46,082 nt of DNA from Nemertoderma westbladi (lineage: Eukaryota > Animalia > Xenacoelomorpha): contig JAUCBJ010007282.1 in NCBI GenBank assembly GCA_032718475.1, forward strand, positions 1 through 46,082. Reading direction: 5' to 3'. Within the stretch, counting starts at the first letter, position 1. Each line of letters begins with the position of its first letter. Made by a program: the position numbers and the translations under genes. The notes beneath the pieces were generated by a model. That model worked only from the letters and a program-made list of their open reading frames with translations, was not told the DNA's origin and did not search any database. This document shows positions 11,901-21,200 of this stretch, one piece after another.

Positions 11901-13076
11901 GATGTAAATGACACTGATCAAGAATCTGAGATGGAAGGATTCTATACTGACGAATTCTCCGACGCCAACGAATCCTGTTACCTAATCAATACCGCGGTGT
12001 ATCGAGCACTTACGCATGAAAAGGACACCGACAATGAGTTCCCTCCAACTACCTTTGACAGACAACCATCTTGGAAACCTCCAACTTCCAACGTAGGAAT
12101 CAGAGAATTTCCTGTAGTGCAGGTAAGAGTTCACGGTCCCAACAAAAGTTACATAGTGAACGCCCTCCTTGACTCCGGCAGCACAGGAACATTCATCGAT
12201 CAAGAACTAGCCGAAGATATCTTTGCTGGACAACCCAAATTCCAAACTAAGTTGAATATGTCCGGAATTATGCAGGTTTGGAAATCTACCATAACGGCAG
12301 ATTACTATGTAGGTGCGTTGTCCACCCCCCAGGATAAATTAGGAGCACAAAGTATAAGGTCAGTAAAAATGGTGGCTATAAAGAACTTCGCTACTACCCA
12401 AGCAGACCTTTATAATTGGGACGAGGATGAGAGCATCCAACATCTTAAGATACCTCGATTCCAGACAGATTATCCTGGAGTGCAAATACTCATCGGCCAA
12501 AACGCGCATGAAGCGCTCGAGACATTGGAGAAACGGCCTGCTCAACCGCAGCCACTGCAAACCTATGCGGTAAGAACTAGAGTAGGTTGGTACTTCACTG
12601 GCCCTTCCCGTAGAACTCTCAAAGAGAGATTACCTCAACAACAGGTATACCAAGTAAAGGAATGGGAAGTGGAGAGCAGTGATGTAGACGATCCAACTGA
12701 GGGAACACCATACTCCTCAGATAATGACGATATTAACTCCAATATAGATCAATGGAGACATTGCCTTGGGACGATTAATCCAGCCGACATCGTTTCCAGA
12801 GGAGCAACTCCTCAAGAACTAATAGATACTCCAGGCTGGTTAGGTGGATCCGACTTCTTAAGTAAAGAAGAAGAAGAATGGCCTCCTCATCTTACCCCGG
12901 CGGAGATTGGACAGGCCAAGGGAGCGGAGAAAGTAACACAACAACTCAATCGCCCAGCTGGTCGTTTATGTTTACTGGAAAGAGACCGAAAACTGTCCGG
13001 AAACTATGGAAGGCAAGATACTCTTCCTACGACCACTTCCCTAATCCGACAAATATCTAGGGACTCTATAACGTAA
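8946..13076 (+). CDS. Bel/Pao Gag + aspartic protease (1376 aa) fused in-frame to remnants of the RNase H C-terminus and the Pol C-terminus; no RT or integrase core
   Basis: DUF1759-like Gag (IVKFNGDEMKWLPF...EKLRFLIKCLEG...LNIRYGN); Bel-type triple knuckle CALCDGPHRLSAC / CYNCLRSGHQRRTC / CAKCGAKHHILLH; protease ALLDSGSTGTFI; QWRHCLGTINPADIVSRG...WLGGSDFL...EWP (end of RNase H); NRPAGRLCLLE (Pol end). No YxDD motif or DDE core. Confidence 0.92.
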   Translation: MADTRQTLSDSLLETTACFSDQSVENPRPRSETPHTVRRATPAVVVSEPRLVEKISQFAKLVKRRWSAIGTRAQVKRDQEEAIKQQQPPSQEPSSQRPDSSSSSDTVERTPERGAKMADTVYDERPTYEESTDATSSQVESEVESEVESEVESEVESEVESEVESELTSAEKPQTRDAIDIYLSDYQRFLGDEELRRRLSGLSPNSEGTKLVLDSIDAEMLAANQAECDEKLRLTRVREEQVKKEWIEKRKVAAAAAAEAEAERKSAEAERKAAVAEAERRASEETIQLELENLQETQDSINKQFTANQMQMMRKSTPKRQGYTSSEEGETTDPEGGGNRSHLSRRRKTSYRRKLPDLPPAVRRQLASTDLSSIEPTAQSIKVQRLPTIVDEPEIIRPVVPKVTSVLETPVLPELNSKFPLHSTTLPVPGGTVQENIPVQIADREIKNLSPVVPRQPATMLATPASAVEWVEEGRRGMNLLLGQMQETVHQLKGTVREGRAELQEVQQSIALERDKLVNIQKGIPIPPVTLCQPVRSEVLHAQGVEPTRIYTASEVETPIANPIKGDYRPVINDIPYRPDNDPRTLYTDNSILNNTMAQESFTRQMARTEARQAVKVGEIVKFNGDEMKWLPFNEYYKDSIQNSVLSNGEKLRFLIKCLEGPPKLMALKFIGHPDGLRQVWDTLNIRYGNKDNIAKYLYAKLVAPRHFLSSGIIEFSDEIQEICRQLDWLGKSHEYQSSMVIGAVVSTLPKGGVCTRWDKKVLYMNEQQRRSPTMADLMSFLDSEVKLQLIRQSREKTSENKVSEKPVSRRRIIPVCYTDDGESQASQEEDSGKDTAKSYYDNKTYKDVSKYKSRTSDRREQVTTTPPTSPKRIHGRKPEERTRVQNVNQVKVSNIKPKCALCDGPHRLSACAEFLKKSLVDRRTVLWNKRLCYNCLRSGHQRRTCYSDIKCAKCGAKHHILLHSEFERNNQSQVSEPELHVQFSDVNDTDQESEMEGFYTDEFSDANESCYLINTAVYRALTHEKDTDNEFPPTTFDRQPSWKPPTSNVGIREFPVVQVRVHGPNKSYIVNALLDSGSTGTFIDQELAEDIFAGQPKFQTKLNMSGIMQVWKSTITADYYVGALSTPQDKLGAQSIRSVKMVAIKNFATTQADLYNWDEDESIQHLKIPRFQTDYPGVQILIGQNAHEALETLEKRPAQPQPLQTYAVRTRVGWYFTGPSRRTLKERLPQQQVYQVKEWEVESSDVDDPTEGTPYSSDNDDINSNIDQWRHCLGTINPADIVSRGATPQELIDTPGWLGGSDFLSKEEEEWPPHLTPAEIGQAKGAEKVTQQLNRPAGRLCLLERDRKLSGNYGRQDTLPTTTSLIRQISRDSIT
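9360..9443 (+). repeat. 12-bp coding repeat GTGGAAAGYGAR x7 (VESE)7 in the Gag N-terminus
   Basis: Direct reading; copy A has one unit at the homologous site (~2800-2810). Confidence 0.95.
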
Positions 13077-13614
13077 TAACATATGGAGTGGGCGTGTGGC
13101 TATATCATTTTATATTTGTTTTTATTTTATATTTATGTATGTATTATTATGTAATTTTATTATAATCGTTTTCTTTAATTTTATTTAGTATAATGTTATT
13201 TTAGTGATTATTTAGTAGATTAGTGCAATATATTAGTGTTTATTACGTACGTAATTACTTATAATATATATTCAGTGCGACGGCGAGAAATAATTTTTCT
13301 CTTTCCTTACTGTCTGTATCATATTATAAATACGTGATTACAGTAAGATGAAATGTCCGTACTTCTTAAAGTACAATAAAGCCACTACTATATTCAAGTA
13401 TTATTGGTAGGCAGAGTATTAGGAATGCAAAGTTCAGATCCTCGTGTCTCGGCAAACCAAGCTCTGGGTAGACCTTGGAAACGACTTGCCTCTTCACACT
13501 GACATTGCTTCGTGCGATATTGCTCTCATACCATATATAATAATACATATAGTAGCGTGATGTCCCTCTAACAGTAGCGTAAAACGCAAACAAATCTGTT
13601 AAACCTTTTGACCA

Positions 13615-13880
13615 TCTGTAATTCTAGTCGATTAAGATATCGCGGCACCCACCGATATACTTGAAAGACAAATTCTAGAATCAGTGGTTAACGTCCCCAG
13701 ACAAGTTCTGGAATAAATCGGTGCCCATCTTAAATATTAATTTAATATTTATTAAAATCTGTCAAATTCAGATCCGTTAACAATTCTAGTCGATTAAGAT
13801 ATCGTAGCACTTACCGATACTCTTAAAAGACAAATTTCATAGAATTAAGGATCCTATGTCCCCAGACCTGCTCTGGAATC
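13615..13880 (+). repeat. ~162-bp tandem duplication between pol and the accessory ORF
   Basis: ATTCTAGTCGATTAAGATATCG...GTCCCCAGAC...CTGGAAT starts at ~13621 and ~13784. Confidence 0.85.
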
Positions 13881-14699
13881 AAGTTGTGTCAATTTTAACA
13901 TCAAATAATAAAATTCACGGGAATAAATTCAAATTCATATTTTAAATGAATTTCATAAATTGTCATTTGTACAATTTATAACATTCCCAAAATTTCATTA
14001 ATTAATAGATCATGGGAGCGGAGATTCATCCTATTGAGTGTATTAGAGTGCGAGAATCTCCTACATCTAGTCAATAGCCGATAAAATTAATAAAATCATG
14101 CATAAAGAGGATATTGACAATTAAAGAATTATTATTAAATAGCATCCCAGATCTGTATGCATGAGAATTACCCTAATTCTACCGCTAGCATTCCATAATG
14201 TCACCATAGCAACACCCACGCTAGAATTAGAAGCAAGTTAAGAAAACAATAGAAAGCTTGTCACATTGCATAGCATAGAGAATACATAGCACGCTGTTAG
14301 TATCCAAGGATACACAGTAATAACGTGACATTCTGGAAGGCACTGACTAACGGACAAATGGCCTGTATGTGTACAATTGGTGACAGTTGTGTGGAATTTG
14401 TGCGTTTGTAGGTGAATGTTACTGCTAAGGTGTGTTTACAGTAGCTAGTCGCAATTGTGAAAGTAACCCAACTCTCCTATAGAAAGAACCTAAAGTGGAT
14501 TCAAGCCTTTGGGACGGACAGTGGAGTGACTTGTGCCGGTTGTCGTTGTCGTACTGTTGCTACATGTTGGCGTAAACACCGCGACAACGGTACATCGGCG
14601 CTGAGGATCCTACTGTCCGGGGGCAAAGAGAGGTAGGCAGCGACGTCCGCTCGCCTAAACATAAACTCATTTCGATATTAACAAACTAAGATAGCAGAT

Positions 14700-16104
14700 A
14701 TGACGGAGTTGATAGAAGATGACCTTGGTATCAGGGAGCGATATACTCTACCTTTACAAGCATTTGTGGATAGCTTGATACGCGGTGAAACCGATCCAAC
14801 CATTACGGAGGACGATGGTCGTTAAATCGAACCGCCAATGTCCCAAGAGCAGCTCGCGTGAATTGGACTATCGAAAATTCACCGCTCGCTATACGCATCG
14901 TAATAATATGTATATGGACCTCCTAACTACCGGCCATCCTATCGATTTACATGATACGGACGATGTAGACACCGAAAGGGAAATGGTTCTATTTAAATAT
15001 CATACCCAGCGGCGTCGTAACGATAAACCGAGAATAGATCACGAAAATTCTATTCGTAACAGACTGGGAAGACGAACCAATATGCATAGAATCTGAGGAG
15101 ATTCAGCCTATCGCGCTCGGAACAGCGACAACGATTACATCCTAGAATGGTATCAAGGTCCACAGTGTCTCACTGCGTACGATTATCGACATGCCAACTA
15201 TGTTTCTAGGCAACGTTGTCGGTTATGCGCATCGAGAGACCACGATACGCCCATGGACACCAACGTCCGCTGTTCCTATTTCCAAGAACAACCGACTATG
15301 GAAATTTATTGCGCATATTGCAGACTCAATAACCTGCATATCTTTGCGGTTTGCCCTCAATTTATGACTCAATGTCACCATTGTCAACTAAAGGGACATG
15401 CTAGTTTCGACTGCCCTTTTAATCACGATTTGGAAAGCTTAGATGAAATGATCACACTGCGTTACATCAGAGCTTGGGAAGCGAACGTTGATTTACATTG
15501 TGATTCGCGCCATCGCTATTATCCCGGACGCGCTTACGAAGGAGTTTATGCGTTCCATCCTTATCTATTCGCTTCGGTTGAACAGAAATCACGCATATCA
15601 AGTTACGAGCTACTGAAGCGCGTCGGAGAATGTATTTCAACCAAATTCGTACGCAAATTTCTCAGGAGTGTTAATCCTAGCGACCTTCGTTCCTATAACT
15701 TAATCAATTATATCCGTCAGGATCCGGACTATGGAGACTTATTTGTTAACTCACACCCCGAGTTACAGGAAGTATATCGACGGCCTTACGAATACCGAGC
15801 CCGCGAACGCGAGTTGGAAAGGACCATTAAACCCCGGAGGTTTCTAACTGCCTATGGTCCACCCACGGCCCTCGTTCAGACCACTCGTAAAGGACCCGTA
15901 AGAGCGGCTGTCTTGAAACGAGCTCTCAAAGCCGTTAGACCCCTCTCCCCTAACGTTGATGTCAATCAACCCGGTACTTCGACTGGCGGATACACCGACC
16001 ATAATCCTACACCCTCTGATGCAATCATATTGCACCCTTCACCCAGGAGTTATAGCCCTCCTTGTAAAGTGGCTCGCCCCCAAAGAGAAAAGGACTCTGG
16101 CTAG
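14700..16104 (+). pseudogene. Disrupted accessory ORF (~465 codons) of copy B with three CCHC-type zinc knuckles; intact part 15253-16104
   Basis: Track ORFs 14785-15096 and 15253-16104 share a frame, joined by 52 sense codons after a single TGA at 15094. A candidate ATG at 14700 (MTELIEDDLGIRERY...) needs one frameshift. Motifs: CRLCASRDH-x9-C, CAYCRLNNLHIFAVC, CHHCQLKGHASFDC. Confidence 0.7.
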
Positions 16105-16225
16105 CTTTAAAAAACTGCGTAAACGCCGTCCGCGCAAGAAAGACTAACTGTTTAGAGTATTTACGTATATTAGAAACTGTGATTTTTGTATATTTATAGA
16201 CTCAAATCCCATTTTCTGGGAGCGG

Positions 16226-17347
16226 TGTAAAAGCTTCTGTGGGATATAACTGGCCCCTTTGCTTCGCAATCCAGTGTCCCCCCAGGCGCTGGAATACTCT
16301 AAAAAGGTTCTCTAACTGTATATATATTCCCCTCGCCCGCAAGGTACCGTTACAGGTGTTTTAACGGACATAAAAGTCATTCTGCTATATACGTGTTTTA
16401 GCGGACATGGTAAGGCAAAAAACCCGCAATACGGCAAATACTTTTACACAGCTTAGCCGTGATGATTCAGATTACGACATCTAACAGCTGGTTGCTTAAA
16501 TGGAAACAGCCATTGGACGCATGCCAGAAACAACGGCTCTAGAAAGAAACATTAGTAGGCTTAAGATTATAGAGCGTATGACTGTTATCGGTTCATAACA
16601 ACTCACATATCGGTCCATATCAGTGCATATCATATCTTAACCTACCGTCTTAATGTTTTACTGTTGTCATATCTTATATCAGTGGATTGAATATTATTTG
16701 GAGAACATTTATAAAGAACCCAAATTTCCCAATTTTCTTGATACACTACAGGTTAGAGAGGCGGGATATATATATAGCGATTGCGACTTATATTATTGTG
16801 GTGTGTATTGAATTTAATGCTATTTGATAAGACCTACATGAGTCAATTGCTGCTCTCTTTATGTGTGATCAAATTTACTGACGGTCGGCAAATTAGTGAG
16901 CAGTATTGTGCGTTACCGGTAGTGTGCATGATTGTGGCTGATAACTAAGCATTTCCTAAAGAATGCGCCTCATACGTGAATCATAAGCCTTACCGACTTA
17001 CCGTTGTGATTAGTATAAGTCATATCTCTGTTTACTTAGATAGAGCGCCACGTCCTAAAGGAACTGTTAATATTTCCCGAAAGTGAATAATATTAGTCAG
17101 AAATTAATTATTAACGATCAATCGAATAATACAATACCGTAAGCTTCACTGCAATAATAATCTAAGCCGACAGAATCCAGTCTCCCGGGATTATCCAGCG
17201 GGTGAATGGACGCGCACTAGGCTGGCTTCTGCTAATGTTGTGTTTATTGGTATTAAATATTTGTCATCTTCTAAAGTATATTTATAAATCAAAAGACATA
17301 TAAATTTTGGCAGGTTAAACTGCTAAAGGTCTTCAAAAGCGCGTACA
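16226..17347 (+). repeat. 3' LTR of copy B (~1122 bp), preceded by polypurine tract
   Basis: CTGGGAGCGG|TGTAAAAGCTT start and AAAAGCGCGTACA end; 16660-17347 aligns with the reverse complement of 5976-6630. Confidence 0.9.
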
Positions 17348-17559
17348 TGCAGCATAATGTAGGCCTACCTATAATTACTGTATATCAATATTTTAATTGT
17401 TTCTTCCAAATGAATAATTAAATTGTAATAGATGTCCTATTATGTATCGGAAAGTTCTGTGTTTTTATACCTACGAGATTAGCACCACGTTGGGGATTAA
17501 CCAGACATTACTACAGTATAAATACTGTAGATATATCTATATATTTGCTAGGTATAAGA

Positions 17560-18213
17560 TAATAAGAATAAAAAAAATGCGTCTTGGTATCATTTCACTA
17601 TTTTCAACGGGCTAACACATAATGCTAACATTATTATTGACATTATGATTATAATATTAATAAATAGCGTTTTCACCAATTCTTACTCTGTTATATTACC
17701 AAACAAACCACACCAATTTTGTTCCGGTGTAGTAAGTTATTGTATTTATATATAGAAAATTAGTATCACATTTATTGAAATATCATTGTTTAATGTTTAT
17801 ATGGAAACTTAGTATTACAAGATAATACCAACATGCATTTAATAACATTAAAATCATAATGTTTTAGTATTGTTGTACAAATGTTAGAATAATAATGAGA
17901 AAATAGTGAGAAAAAAAATCAGGAATGCTATGAGAATGCTATGAAATAATTCCAATATTAGCTAAATGTTAGAATAACATTAGAATGTTAAGGGTGGGAA
18001 ATTCACTAACTATTAGAATTCCAATGTTAAAATAACACTGATTAATATTTGTTAACGAATACAGCCGAAAGTGCACTTTTATTGCACAGGGTCCGAGCGC
18101 TTTGCCAAAAAAATATTAAAACTGGCATTAGTTTAACATTTGAATTTTAATATTTTATTATTTGAATAAAGATGTTAAAAAATATTATTTTAATGTTACT
18201 ATGGTTTGCAGGG
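17560..18213. mobile_element. AT-rich, probably DNA-transposon-derived segment with AACATT/AATGTT subterminal repeats
   Basis: Ends ...GTTACTATGGTTTGCAGGG|TA exactly where the Helitron array is cut mid-monomer. Left boundary unclear. Confidence 0.35.
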
Positions 18214-21200
18214 TATGCTGTAGTAGATGCCTACCAAGTTCAGTCTAAATGGATTATAAATAACAAAGTTGGAGAAGATGTTAACTTTCAGACATTTCGC
18301 CCTCTGGCGGTAGACTTGGGAATTGTAGACGACTCTGCGACTCAGTAAAGATACAGCCTATGCTGTAGTAGATGCCTACCAAGTTTCAGTCTAAACGGAT
18401 TGTAAATAACAAAGTTGGAGAAGATGTTAACTCTCAGACATTTAGCCCTCTAACGGTAGACTGGGGAACTGTGGACAACTCAGTGACTCCGGAAATATAC
18501 AGCCTATGCTGCAGTATATAGCTACCAAGTTTCAGCTCAAAAGCATTAAAAACAACCCAATGAGATCAGGTTTTCACTATCGGACAATTCGCCCTCTAGC
18601 GGCAGATGGGGAAACTTCAGACGGCTCTGAGTATTACGTTGCAACGAGTTAGGGCAAGACCTATCTAACGAGCTATAGTAAGCGAGATTTCATCGAGATT
18701 AGATGTATAATATTAGATAAAATAATAATACAGTAAGTATAGGCCTACAGAAATAATTATTTTACTTTTAATATTCATAACAGTAAAACAAAAATGTTAT
18801 AAACCTCTCCTTCAATGCAGCCAATGATTGAGAAAGCAGAATTACACTTGAGCAGTTCGCAACAGACAACCCAAACCCACCCCAATCAACACTACATACA
18901 GCCTGGCTTGCTCCTTATCTGTGCCCAGCTAGCTGCGATTTCAATAATTACCTTAACGTTGCTATGATACAGAAAAAAATCCTTCCCTATTCACTACAGC
19001 ACTAAGAATAGGCCAATTCGATCGTGCTTGGCGAATATGACATATTTATACACTATTTGGTTTTTAATCAATAAATAATCATACATATTTATATTAAACA
19101 CTCGAATAAAATAAAAACTTTGTGAGAATGGGACACGGCGAATCTACCCATGTTAATTTTATACCAGGTGGGATAAATGTTAGCCCTCTAAATAATTAAT
19201 TACCGATAGAAGAACCGAAATAATTCGATAAATTTCGCCCGAAAATCACGAAAATCGCCCTCTAGCGGCAGACGGGCGAACTTCAGACGACTCTGAGTAT
19301 TACGTTGCAACGAGTTAGAGCGAGACCTTTCTAACGAGCTATAGCAAGCGAGATTTCATCGAGATGGGTTCGATTGTATAGCCGATGACAAACACACAGA
19401 CAGACAGACTGACTGACAGACAATCGATATTTATATATATTAGACTAGAAAGCCTGTGGCCCTTCGGGCCACAGCTTTCTAGTGCACGTGCAGATGATAT
19501 ATGAATATGTGTGGGAGATTCGAGAACTGCATACGGAATAGACACCATCATTAAATAAAACACCACCCCCATAAGATATAACTGTCAAGTTTCAACTTTA
19601 GGCAGATTGTAAATAACAAAATTTCCAGAAAATGATCACTTTCAGATCCACCCTCTACCTGCGGACTGGTGAAATGCAGACGGCGCTGCAGTTTGGTAAA
19701 GATGGGGTTTATGGTGAAGTAAAATGCCTGCCTTTCAAGTTTCCGCTTAAACAGATTGTAAATAACAAAATTGGTGTAGATGTTCACATTCAGACATTTC
19801 ACCCTCTACTGTAGGGGTAGACTGAAGAACTGTAGACGACTCTGGGACTCCGTAAAGATACAGAATATGCTGTAGTAGATTCCTGCCAAGTTCCAGCTCA
19901 ATAGGATTAAAAAGAACCAAATGGGATGAGGTGTTCACTATCAGATATGTCGCCCTCTAGCGGCAGATGGGGGGACTGTATACAACGCTGTGACTCCGTA
20001 AAGGTACAGCCTATGCTGTAGTAGATGCCTACCAAGTTTCAGTCTAAACCGTTAGTAAATAACAAAGTTGTAGAAGATGTTAACTTTCAGACATTTCACC
20101 CTCTAGCGGTAGACTGGGGAAGTGAATAGGATTCTGCAACCCCGTAAAGATACAGCCTATGATGTAGTAGATACCAACCAAGTTTCAGCTCAAAATGATT
20201 AAAAAGAACCAAATGGGATGAGGTTTTCACTATCAGACAATTCGCCCTCTAGCGGCTGACTGTGGAACTGTAGACGACTCTACTACTCCGCAAAGATATA
20301 GCCTATGCTATAGTAGATGCCTACCAAGTTTCAGTCTAAAAGGATTGTAAATAACAAAGTTGGAGGAGATGTTAACTTTCATACATTTCACCCTCTAGCG
20401 GCAGACGCGGGTAATGTAGACAACTCTGCGCGACTCAGTAAAGATATAGCCTATGCTGTAGTAGATGCCTACCAAGTTCAGTCTAAATGGATTATAAATA
20501 ACAAAGTTGGAGAAGATGTTAACTTTCAGACATTTCGCCCTCTAGCGGTAGACTGGGGAATTGTAGACGACTCTGCGACTCAGTAAAGACAGATAGCGGC
20601 AGATGGGGAAACTTCAGACGGCTCTGAGTATTACGTTGCAACGAGTTAGGGCAAGACCTATCTAACGAGCTATAGTAAGCGAGATTTCATCGAGATTAGA
20701 TGTATAATATTAGATAAAATAATAATACAGTAAGTATAGGCCTACAGAAATAATTATTTTACTTTTAATATTCATAACAGTAAAACAAAAATGTTATAAA
20801 CCTCTCCTTCCATGCAGCCAATGATTGAGAAAGCAGAATTACACTTGAGCAGTTCGCAACAGACAACCCAAACCCACCCCAATCAACACTACATACAGCC
20901 TGGCTTGCTCCTTATCTGTGCCCAGCTAGCTGCGATTTCAATAATTACCTTAACGTTGCTATGATACAGAAAAAAATCCTTCCCTATTCACTACAGCACT
21001 AAGAATAGGCCAATTCGATCGTGCTTGGCGAATATGACATATTTATACACTATTTGGTTTTTAATCAATAAATAATCATACATATTTATATTAAACACTC
21101 GAATAAAATAAAAACTTTGTGAGAATGGGACACGGCGAATCTACCCATGTTAATTTTATACCAGGTGGGATAAATGTTAGCCCTCTAAATAATTAATTAC

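Larger units (their letters stand above)
7446..17347 (+). mobile_element. Bel/Pao LTR retrotransposon, copy B: 5'-truncated, internally deleted, with 3' accessory ORF and 3' LTR
   Basis: Leader homologous to copy A, Gag-PR ORF, purine-rich tract GGGAGCGG, then an LTR homologous to the copy A 5' LTR. Confidence 0.88.

Noticed and set aside
5976-17347. The two LTRs as a pair bounding one element (inverted-LTR/DIRS-like)
   Set aside because: They are strongly diverged, each sits correctly for its own Bel copy (5' LTR of A; PPT-preceded 3' LTR of B), and no tyrosine recombinase is present.
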